From an uncultured Gammaproteobacteria bacterium (GTDB lineage: Bacteria; Pseudomonadota; Gammaproteobacteria; Steroidobacterales; Rariloculaceae), in the NCBI GenBank assembly GCA_963841645.1, contig CAWJDS010000018.1:68881-132880 (forward strand): 64,000 nucleotides of DNA. Reading direction: 5' to 3'. The notes beneath the pieces were generated by a model, which was given only the letters and a program-made list of their open reading frames with translations, ran no database searches and was not told the DNA's origin. Shown here piece by piece: positions 9,187-18,018 of the stretch. The stretch's first letter is position 1; each line of letters starts with the position of its first letter. The position numbers and the translations under genes were made by a program.

Positions 9187-10018
9187 GCGCGACGCCGAGC
9201 CGGACGTCCCGTACTGCGCTGACGCTCCGCTGCGTTCGACGCGCGATTTGTTTGCGTCCGCCGGCTTGCGCCTCATCGAGAGGGTCGGCGTCGGCGGCAG
9301 CTCCGAAGTCTGGCGCGCGCTCGACACACGCGAGCGCAGTATCGCGCTGAAGATTCCCCTCTCCGGCGCACATGACTCGTTCGCGCGGCTCGAACGTGAG
9401 CACGACGTGCTCGCGGCCGCACAGCACGGCCACATCGTCGAGACGCACGGCCTCATCGAGCACGACGGCGTGTGCGCGCTCGCGCTCCAGTACTTACCCG
9501 GCGGCGACCTCGTTTCCCTCGCCGGGGTCGACCCGCGCCACTGGTTGCGGGCGGCATATGCCGTCCACGCTGCGCTCACGCATCTGCACTCGCTCGGTTA
9601 TGCCCACCGCGACGTGAAGGCGCGCAACGTGCTGTTCGATGCGCGCGGACGCGCGCGCCTCATCGACTTCGCCTCCGCCTTGCCGCTCGGTGCTCCGGCG
9701 CAATACGGCGGCACCACGGCCGCACACCGGCGGTCTGGACGCAACCCGATTGTCACGGCCGCGGACGACGCTTATGCGTACGCGGTTCTGCTGTACGAGC
9801 TCATTGCGGGCCGGCTGCCGTACGGTCCCGCAGGCCGGCAGCCCGTGTCGCGCACGCGCCTCGCGCCTCCCGGGGGGCGCAAGGGCCCCGCGGCGGCGCT
9901 GGCCGCCCGAGTCCGCGACGTGCTCGAAGCCGATCCTAGGCGTGCGCCAGGACTTTCAGTCTTTGCGGATGTCTTAGAATCTGCCATTCCGGCCGACCTC
10001 GAGCCGGCCGAGATCTGA
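9155..10018 (+). CDS. Hanks-type Ser/Thr protein kinase-like protein (operon gene 3)
   Basis: Motifs GVGGSSEVW (G-loop), IALKIP (beta3 Lys), HRDVKARNVLF (catalytic loop), LIDFASA (DFG variant DFA), YAYAVLLYELIAGRLPY. The start is uncertain: ATG 9155 overlaps gene 2 by 32 nt, and the alternative is TTG 9248. Confidence 0.75.
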   Translation: MPLRAPPTGAERDAEPDVPYCADAPLRSTRDLFASAGLRLIERVGVGGSSEVWRALDTRERSIALKIPLSGAHDSFARLEREHDVLAAAQHGHIVETHGLIEHDGVCALALQYLPGGDLVSLAGVDPRHWLRAAYAVHAALTHLHSLGYAHRDVKARNVLFDARGRARLIDFASALPLGAPAQYGGTTAAHRRSGRNPIVTAADDAYAYAVLLYELIAGRLPYGPAGRQPVSRTRLAPPGGRKGPAAALAARVRDVLEADPRRAPGLSVFADVLESAIPADLEPAEI

Positions 10019-10043
10019 TCCAAGCAACAAGCGTCGAACGCCA

Positions 10044-11552
10044 GTGGAGCCGAGCCAAGCACAACACGAAGAGACCGTAGTCCCGATCAAGCCGGGGCTA
10101 CGTGCCGCGCGTGCGGACACGGCTGCGGCTGCCGCGACCGCGGTACAGCTGCGGACACGCACGCCGTTTTGGCAGTACCTCGCCGGCGCGCTGCTGATCG
10201 CGGCCGCGGTGTTCGTCTTCGCCTTGTTCCCGCGCCTCATGCAGCCGGCGCCCGACCGGCCGGCCGCTGCCACGGCGCCGCAGCCGAGCGCGCCCGACGC
10301 GCCACAGCTGTCTGCCGAAGAGCTCGCCAGGCTCAAGTCGCAGGCCGACTCGCTGCTCGCGAAGCTGCTGTCGCAGCAGAGCCAGCTGGATGCGCTGCAC
10401 GTCGATTCCTGGGGCGGCGACCAATACGCCCATTACAAGGAGCTCGGCAACGCGGGCGAGGACGCGTTTCTCGCGAACGACTTCGCGAAAGCGGTCGCGA
10501 AGTACACGGACGCGACCACCGTGGGCTCCGAGCTGCTCTCCCGATCGGGGGAGATCGTGCAGCGCGCGATCGCGGCGGCACAGGAAGCATTCGCGGCCGC
10601 GAACGCCGAGGTCGCGATCGCGCAGTACGACGTCGTGCTCGGCATCGAGCCCGAGAACGCGACCGCCAAGGCCGGGCGCGCGCGCGCGGAGCGTCTGCCG
10701 GAGGTCCTTACGCTCGTCGAGCGCGGCAATACGGAGCGTGACGCGGGTGAGCGGCAGAAGGCGATCGCGACTTATCGCGAGGCGCTCGCGATCGATCCGC
10801 GCTGGGAACCCGCGAGCCGCGCGCTCGCGGCTGTGACCGCCAACGTGCGCGACGCGGACTTCGAGCTCGCGATGTCGCAAGGCTCGAAGGCACTCGCGGC
10901 GGAGAGCTACGCGGAGGCGCAGAAGCAATTCCAAACCGCGCTCGCGCTGCGCCCGCAGGCGCACGAGGCGCAGGACGGACTCACCCAGGCGCAGGAGGGC
11001 GAGAGGCTCGGCAAGATCGCGCTCACCGAAGCCCGCGCGCTCGCATTCGAGCGCCGCGAGCTCTGGGACCAAGCGATCGGGCAGTACAAGGGCGCGCTCG
11101 CAGACGATCCGACCCTCGTGTTCGCAAGGACGGGCCTCGAGCGCTCGGAGCTGCGCGCGGGCCTCGACGCGAAGCTCCGCAACTTGATCGACAATCCGAC
11201 GCTGCTGTTCGGCGACACGGTGCTAGCCGACGCGCGCAAGCTCGTCGTCGAGGCGCGCGGCATCGCCGAGCCGGGGCCGGTGCTGACCGACCAGATCGGC
11301 AAGCTCGACCGCCTCGTGACGCTCGCGGCGACGCCGATCGCCGTGCGCCTCACGTCGGATCAGCACACCGAGGTTACGGTTTATCGCGTCGGTGCGCTCG
11401 GCTCGTTCACGGCCAAGGAGCTCCAGCTCCGACCCGGGACGTACACGGCGATCGGCAGCCGCAACGGCTTTCACGACGTGCGCCAAACTTTCACGGTCGT
11501 GCCGGGTCGAACTCTGCCGCCGATCAGTGTGATTTGCAGCGAACCGATCTGA
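10044..11552 (+). CDS. membrane-anchored TPR-repeat protein with C-terminal beta-sandwich (PEGA-like) domain (operon gene 4)
   Basis: GTG start. One TM helix (FWQYLAGALLIAAAVFVFALF). Repeated TPR-like helical pairs (AIAQYDVVLGIEPENATA, AIATYREALAIDPRWEPA, AQKQFQTALALRPQAHEA, AIGQYKGALADDPTLVFA). The C-terminus VTVYRVGALG..LQLRPGTYTAIGSRNGFHDV is PEGA-like. Confidence 0.75.
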   Translation: MEPSQAQHEETVVPIKPGLRAARADTAAAAATAVQLRTRTPFWQYLAGALLIAAAVFVFALFPRLMQPAPDRPAAATAPQPSAPDAPQLSAEELARLKSQADSLLAKLLSQQSQLDALHVDSWGGDQYAHYKELGNAGEDAFLANDFAKAVAKYTDATTVGSELLSRSGEIVQRAIAAAQEAFAAANAEVAIAQYDVVLGIEPENATAKAGRARAERLPEVLTLVERGNTERDAGERQKAIATYREALAIDPRWEPASRALAAVTANVRDADFELAMSQGSKALAAESYAEAQKQFQTALALRPQAHEAQDGLTQAQEGERLGKIALTEARALAFERRELWDQAIGQYKGALADDPTLVFARTGLERSELRAGLDAKLRNLIDNPTLLFGDTVLADARKLVVEARGIAEPGPVLTDQIGKLDRLVTLAATPIAVRLTSDQHTEVTVYRVGALGSFTAKELQLRPGTYTAIGSRNGFHDVRQTFTVVPGRTLPPISVICSEPI

Positions 11553-11571
11553 TCAGGCAGGAAGAAGCACG

Positions 11572-14028
11572 ATGGGCGCAAGCAATGTAGCGCGCGACTC
11601 GGTCGTGACGATCGAGCACCTCGGACGGACCCGCGAGCTCCCGGCGAGCGCGCTGCCGGCCACGATCGGCGGCGACACGGCCGCGACCATGAGGATCAAC
11701 GGCCTGCCCGGCTTGATCGAGATTCGCGAGCACGACGGCGCGTTCTTCGTCGCCGCGGGACGAGGAGCGCGCAATTTGCGCGTCGACGGCGCGCCCGTCG
11801 CCGGCACGCGCGAGCTCAAGGACGGCGACGTGATCGCGTTCGATCGCGCGCGCTTGGCGTGCCGGATCGACGGCGGCCGGCTCGCCATCGCAATCGAGAC
11901 GCTCGTGACCGCGGGCGACACGGCGCCGCCCGACCTCCGTGAGGACGCGGCCGGCGACGACGTAGACGGCGATGTCGGCCAGACGATCGTGAAGCCCGTC
12001 GCGTTCAAGTTGCCGCCCGTCGTCGGCGCCGGCGCGAAGCCGGGCGCCTCGAGGGCGGTGACGATCGGCGCGCGGCGTCGTGCTCGCGTTGCTCGCGGTC
12101 TTTGCGTGGTTCGCGTTCACGGCGAAGTCCGTCGCATTGAATTTGGATCCCGAGCCCGAGGCGATGAGCCTGCCGGGCACGCTGTTCAAGATCCGCTACG
12201 GCGATCAGTACTTGCTGCATCCGGGCTCCCATCGCGTCGCCGCGACGCTCAAAGGCTATTACCCGCTCGATACCCAATTCGAGGTGACGAGCGCGTCCGG
12301 TCAAGTGATCGACCTCAAGCTCAAGAAGCTGCCGGGGCTGGTCACCCTGACGACCGAGCCCGAGGCTATGGCGCGCGTGCTGCTCGACGGCATGCCGCTC
12401 GGCGAGACGCCGCTCAAGGACGCGGAGATCACGCCCGGCGTCCACCGCCTCGAGCTCAGCGCCGACCGATTTTTGCCTCAGGTCGTCGAGATCGACGTAC
12501 GCGGCGCCGCCGAGCGCCAATCGCTCGTCGCGAAGTTGACGCCGAACTGGGCGCCGGTGTCGCTCGCGACGCAGCCGCCCGGCGCGACCGTGCTCGTCGA
12601 CGGTGCCGACGTCGGCGTCACGCCGCTCGAGATGCAGATCACCGCGGGCGAGCGGCAGATCGAGGCGCGCCTGAGCGGCTACAACGCGTGGACGAACAAG
12701 GTCATCGTGAGCGCCGGCACGCCGCTGCAGCTGCCCGACGTGAAGCTCGCGCTCGCCGACGGCCGCGTCGACATCGTGAGCAACCCGGCCGAGGCCAACG
12801 TGAGCATCGACGGAGAGTATCGCGGCCGCTCGCCGCTCACCGTCAAGCTCACGCCGGGGAAAGCGCACGAGCTCACGCTCACTAAGCCCGGGTACGAGAC
12901 TGCGACGCGGAGCCTCTCGATCGCGGCCGACAGCGGCCGAAAGCTCGCGATCGATCTCGTCGCGCAATACGGAGAGGTGCAGGTCGAGAGCACGCCGGTC
13001 GGCGCGGATGTTTGGGTCGACGGCGAGCGGCGCGCTGCAACGCCCGTGACGCTCTCGCTCACGGGGGTTAGCCACGAAATCGAGATCCGGCGCACTGGCT
13101 TCGCGAACGCGCAGCAGCGCGTGACGCCGCGCCCCGGCTTCCCGCAGAAGCTCGACTTCGACCTCACGGCGCTCGATCAGAGCACGGGCGGCGGATACCC
13201 GACCGTGCGCAAGACGGGCGCGGGCCAGGAGCTCAAGGTGATTCCGTCGGGCCAATTCACGATGGGCTCGTCGCGGAGCCAGCAAGGCCGGCGCGCGAAC
13301 GAGGTGCTGCGGCCCGTGCGTCTCACGAAGGCGTTCTATCTCGGGGTCCGCGAGGTTACGCAATACCGATTTCCGCGCATTCAAGCCCGATCACAAGTCC
13401 GGCGAGTTCGGTGGCAAGACGCTCGACGAGGGCGACCAGCCGGTCGTGCGCGTGACGCCCGAAGAGGCGATGCAGTACTTGAATTGGCTCAGCATCCGCG
13501 ATGGGCTCCAGCCCGTCTACGAGCAAAAGAACGGCGTCTGGGCCGCGGTGCGACCGCTGCGCGGCGGCTATCGGTTGCCTACCGAGGCCGAGTGGGAATG
13601 GGCCGCGCGCTACGCGGGCCGCGACTCCGCGCTGTTGTATCCGTGGGGCGCCGACTGGCCGCCGCCCGATCGCTCCGGAAACTGGGCCGACGTCTCGGCG
13701 CGCAACATGCTGCCGACGATATTGGTCACCTACAATGACGGCTTCCCGGTCAGCGCGCCGAGCGGAACGTTCGAGCCGAATCCCGTCGGTATCCGCGACC
13801 TGGGCAGCAACGTCGCTCGAGTGGATCCAGGACTTCTACGTGCCCGACATCACGGAGAACGTGAAGCTCGTGGAGGATCCGCTCGGGCCGGAGACCGGCC
13901 AGTTGCACGTGGTGCGCGGCGCGGGCTGGCGCAGCGCGACCGTGCAGGACCTGCGCATGGCCGCGCGAAGCTACGGCACGGATGCGCGCGAGGACATCGG
14001 CTTCAGGATTGCGCGCAATCTCGAGTGA
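11572..14028 (+). CDS. FHA domain - TM - PEGA repeats - formylglycine-generating-enzyme (SUMF1/FGE-sulfatase)-like domain protein (operon gene 5); three +1 frame breaks (near 12070, 13361, 13816)
   Basis: N-terminus is FHA-like (IGGDTAATMRI..LIEIREHDGAFFV..RNLRVDGAPV..LKDGDVIAF). TM helix VVLALLAVFAWFAF. Four to five PEGA units (e.g. ATVLVDGADVGVTPLEMQI, ANVSIDGEYRGRSPLTVKL, ADVWVDGERRAATPVTLSL). C-terminal FGE-type motifs: FTMGS, RLPTEAEWEWAAR, NVAEWIQD, VVRGAGW. Confidence 0.8.
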
Positions 14029-14092
14029 TCTCGATGCTCGGAACGAAGGACAACGGAATCGTCGCCCGCGCCCGGGCGCGATGGAGGCGACC

Positions 14093-14440
14093 ATGAACAT
14101 TGCACGAGTCTTTGCCGTCGCGATCACGCTCGGCGTGCTCTCGACCGCGTCGTCGCAGGAGACGCAGAAACAGGAAGCGCCGCAAGCTGCCAAACCGGCG
14201 GCCGACGCGCCGGCGAACGCGCCGCAAGCGCCGGCCGGCAACGCGGCGCAGACGCCGGGCGCGCCGTCCTCGGGCGCCTCGCAGCCGGCCACGGGAGCTC
14301 AAGCGCCCGCTTCAACCGCGTCTCCGCCCCCGCCTCCCTCGGCGGCCACCGGCAAGACCGGCGTGATCAAGGACAACGAGTTCATCCCGACGGAAGAGAT
14401 CCAGCCCGACGAAGCCGTGACGTTCCCGGTCGACATCTGA
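14093..14440 (+). CDS. small secreted Ala/Pro/Gln-rich protein with conserved-looking C-terminus (operon gene 6)
   Basis: Signal peptide MNIARVFAVAITLGVLSTASS. Low-complexity middle. C-terminus GVIKDNEFIPTEEIQPDEAVTFPVDI. The stop is 11 nt before the next start. Confidence 0.55.
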   Translation: MNIARVFAVAITLGVLSTASSQETQKQEAPQAAKPAADAPANAPQAPAGNAAQTPGAPSSGASQPATGAQAPASTASPPPPPSAATGKTGVIKDNEFIPTEEIQPDEAVTFPVDI

Positions 14441-14451
14441 CGAGCTGACGG

Positions 14452-15835
14452 ATGCGCACTCTCGCGATCGAGTTCAACGACGCCGGCATCGCGATCGCGG
14501 ACGCGCAGTCCGTGCTCGCGATCGAGCCCGGCTACGCGGTCGTCGAGGGCACCAAGATCATCACGGGCCGCGACGCGGTCGCGAAGGCGCGGCTCAATCC
14601 GCGTCAGGCGAGCAATCGCTTCTGGAATGCGATGAGCCTGGAACGCGGCTCCGCCGGCAGCGAGATAACGCAGAGCGCCGCGGAGCTCGCGTTCGCGCAG
14701 ATCGATTCGCTCTGGAAGCGCTTCGGCGGCGGCGCCGACAACGCGGTGCTCGTGGTCCCGGGCCACATCCGCGGCGAGCAGCTGGGTCTCGGCCTTGGGC
14801 TCGCGAACGAATGCGGCATCGATGTGCGCACGATCGTCGCGACGGCGGTGGCTGCGAGCGTGCGGCCATATCCGGGCCGGCAGCTGCTCTACGTCGATGC
14901 GGGCCTCTATCGCGTTGCCGCGACGCTGATCGAGCAGGGCAGCGAAGCGATCGTGAGCTCCGAGCAGAGCGTGATCACCACGGGCCTCGCGAGTCTCACG
15001 GAAGGCTTCGCGCGCCGAATCGCCGAGCTGTTCGTGCGGGCGACACGGTTCGACCCGCTGCACAAGGCCGAGACCGAGCAGATGCTCTACGACCGTTTGC
15101 CCGGCTGGCTCGAGCGGCTGCGCGATCAGGACCGGATCGAGATCACGCTGCCGCAGCACGGCGAGGAGCAGAAGATCACGCTCGACCGCGACGCGCTGCG
15201 TTCCGTTACGGCCGGGTTCAACCGCGCGCTCGTGCAGCTCATCGCATATTTCCGCCAGCCGGGCCAGAGCGTCGTGATCCAGGTGTCCGCGCATCTCGCG
15301 TCGCTGCCCGGAATCGCGGCGGAGCTCGCGCGCCTCGACGACGCGCACATCGTGCCGCTGCCTCCGGGGCATGCGGCGCGCAGCGCGTTGCTGAAGCCCG
15401 AGCTGATCCAGGCGCAGCAGGGCCAGGTGAAGCTCTTGAAGAGGCTCGGTTGGCGCGAGCCGCCGGCCGACCCGTCGGCGTCGGGTGCCCAGCCGGCGCC
15501 GGTCACCGCTGCATTGCACGAGTTTCCGCCGACGCACGTCGTTTACGCGGGCATCGTGTATCCCATCGGGGCGCGCGGGCTCGTCGTCGGCCGCGAGCCG
15601 GTCGACGGCCGGCGCACGATCGTCGTCGCGAGCCAGGCGAACGGAGTGTCGCGCGCGCATTGCGAGCTCGTCGTGCGTGACGGCGAGCTCAAGCTCATCG
15701 ATCTCTCGCCGCTACGGCACCTTCGTGAACGAGAAGAAGGTCGCCGGCGAGACGACGCTGCAACGCGCCGACGTGATCCGGATCGGCTCGCCGGGCGCCG
15801 AGCTCCAGGTCGTCAGCGTGGAGCCCGCGCAATGA
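14452..15835 (+). CDS. Hsp70/actin-fold-like protein with C-terminal FHA domain (operon gene 7); one +1 frame break near 15707
   Basis: N-terminus MRTLAIEFNDAGIAIAD...VVPGHIRGEQLGL...LLYVDAGLYRV resembles a degenerate Hsp70/ASKHA layout (weak call). C-terminus is a clear FHA: GLVVGREP...GVSRAHCELVVRDGELKLIDLS/RYGTFVNEKKV..ADVIRIG. Confidence 0.7.
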
Positions 15836-16939
15836 AGCAGCGCCGCCGCGAGCTCAACATCTTCTCGATGTCGTTCCTCGACGCGATCACGGCCGGATTT
15901 GGCGCCGTCGTGCTGCTGTTCATGCTCGTGAACCAGAATGCGCTCGTCGACACGCAGACCGCGATCAAGGCCACGGAGGCCGAAGCGCAGCGCTGGGAGC
16001 TCAAGGTGCTCACGGGCCAAAAGAACCTCGTGCAGATCAAGGAGCTGCTCCAGAAGCAGCTCGAGCAGTGGACCGCGCTCAAGGCGCTGCGCCAGAACCT
16101 CGTGAGCGAGGTGACGGAGACGACAGACGAAGCTCGCGACGCTCACCGAGGACTCCGCGGCGCGCAAGGCCGCAATCGAAAAGCTGCAAGGCCGACCTCG
16201 CGTCGCTCGAGACCGAGACGAACAGCATGAAGGCCGCGGCCGCCAAGCCTTCGAAGAACAACGACGGCGATCGCATTCGCGGGTTCGAGGGCGAGGGGCA
16301 TCGGCAGTACCTGACCGGCCTGCGGATGGGCGGCTCGCACGTGCTGATCCTCGTCGACGCCTCGACGAGCATGCTCGACCGCACGATCGTCAACGTGATC
16401 CGGCGGCGCAACATGCCGCCCGACCAGCAGCGCAAGTCGCCGAAGTGGCAGCAGGCCGTCAACACGGTCGATTGGCTCACGACTCAGATCAAGCCCGGCA
16501 CGAACGTGCAGATCATCGCGTTCACCGATAAAGCGATCACGCTCACGCCGAATACGGACGGCAAGTGGATCACGCTCACCGACGGCAGCGAGCTCGACGC
16601 GGCAATGACCTCGCTCAAGGGCATGGTGCCGAAAGGGCCGACGAGCCTGCACGCCGCGTTCACGGCTGCGCGGATGCTCGAGCCGAAACCCGACAACATC
16701 TACCTGATCACCGACGGCTTGCCGACGATGGGCGAGATCGTGCCCGCGCGCCAGGGCGCGACGGGCCGCGAGCGGCTCGATCACTTCAACCGAGCCGTGC
16801 GGCAGCTGCCGGTCGGCGTCGCCCGTGAACATCATCCTGCTCGCCGATGGAAGGCGATCCCGCGGCCGCGCCCGCGTTCTGGGTGCTCGCTTTGCGGACC
16901 GGCGGCTCGATGCTCGCGCCGTCCGAGGATTGGCCATGA
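15832..16939 (+). CDS. TM - coiled-coil - von Willebrand factor A domain protein, paralog 1 (operon gene 8); four +1 frame breaks (near 16128, 16190, 16818, 16845)
   Basis: ATGA overlap with gene 7. N-terminus MKQRRRELNIFSMSFLDAITAGFGAVVLLFMLV. Heptad-rich segment. vWA with MIDAS VLILVDASTSM, then IYLITDGLPT. The reconstructed end ...PMEGDPAAAPAFWVLALRTGGSMLAPSEDWP stops at 16937-16939. Confidence 0.8.
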
Positions 16940-17950
16940 AACGCCGCCGCGAGCTCGAAGTGTTCAGCATGTCGTTCCTCGACGCGATCTGCTGCGGCTT
17001 CGGGTCGATCATTCTGCTGTTCATCATCAGCCGCAACAGCGGAGCCGATTCGTCTCGAGCAGAGCCAGAAGGACCTCTCGGGCGTGATCGCGCAGTACCA
17101 GCAGGAGCTCAACGAGATCCTCGGCGAGACCGATATCGTGCGCCGCGACGAAGCGACGACCGCGAGCGACCTGCGCACGGATCAGCGCAAGGTCGAGGAC
17201 CTCAAGGGCCAGCTCGACAAGATTCGCGCCGAGGTGCTCTCGACCACGAAGGACACGACGTTCTCGAACGAGATCGAGGGCAAGCTCGCGACCGCGAAGC
17301 AGAGTCTCAGCGACGACATGAAGAAGCTGCTCGCCGACTACAAGCCGCCGCTCGACGAGTACAAGGTCGGCGGCATCCCGGTCGACAGCGAGTACATCGT
17401 GTTCCTCGTCGACACGTCGGGCAGCATGCAGCAATACGCCTGGGACCGGATGCTCGAGGAGGTGCGGCAGACGCTCCAGGTCTATCCGACCGTCAAGGGC
17501 ATCCAGGTGATGGACGACGAGGGCGCGTACCTCTTCAAGAGCTACCGCAACGAGTGGATTCCCGACACGCCGTCGCGCCGCCAGGCGATTCTCGACGCGA
17601 TGAAGAACTGGCACTCGTACTCGGACTCGAGCCCGCGCGAAGGGTATCCTCGCGGCGCTCGACGTGTTCGCCGATGGCCAACAAGAAGATCTCGCTCTAC
17701 GTGTACAGCGACGACTTCGCGGTCGGCAAGGTGAACTCGATCGTGCGCGAGATCGATCGGCGCAACAAACCGGACGCGAACGGCAAGCGGCTCGCGCGGA
17801 TTCACGCGGTCGCGTTTCCGACGATCTACGAGGCGACCGGCGGCGACATGTACACCGAGGCGGACTTCGCGGTGCTGCATGCGCGCGATCTGCCAGCGCA
17901 ACGGCGGCACGTTCGTCGCGTTGCCCGCGCGCCGCGACATGGGCCGCTAG
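16936..17950 (+). CDS. TM - coiled-coil - von Willebrand factor A domain protein, paralog 2 (operon gene 9); four +1 frame breaks (near 17043, 17650, 17680, 17877)
   Basis: ATGA overlap with gene 8. N-terminus MKRRRELEVFSMSFLDAICCGFGSIILLFIIS is near-identical in pattern to paralog 1. Coiled coil, then vWA MIDAS IVFLVDTSGSM. Reconstructed end ...MRAICQRNGGTFVALPARRDMGR, TAG at 17948-17950. Confidence 0.8.
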
Positions 17951-18018
17951 CGCGCGATCGGTCGATCGGACAGCCTGGGCGCCGACTGCCGCGCGACCGC
18001 TGCCGCTGGCCGTTGCGC

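Noticed and set aside
7732-9579. 615-aa minus-strand ORF, and similar long antisense or alternate-frame ORFs (e.g. 12005-13384, 14299-15660, 23845-25641, 38663-41182, 33888-35033, 62506-63678).
   Set aside because: They lie antisense to, or out of frame with, genes that have clear conserved motifs. Their translations are Arg/Ala/Gly/Pro-rich low-information sequence, which is typical of stop-codon-poor frames in high-GC DNA. None has a recognisable domain.
6019-17950. Interpreting the kinase/FHA/vWA operon as a T6SS post-translational regulation module, a TerY-P triad or a Bat/MoxR aerotolerance operon.
   Set aside because: The window has no T6SS core genes (TssA-M, Hcp, VgrG), no PP2C phosphatase, and no MoxR ATPase or DUF58. 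The vWA proteins also have a different architecture (single N-terminal anchor plus coiled coil). The resemblance is partial only.
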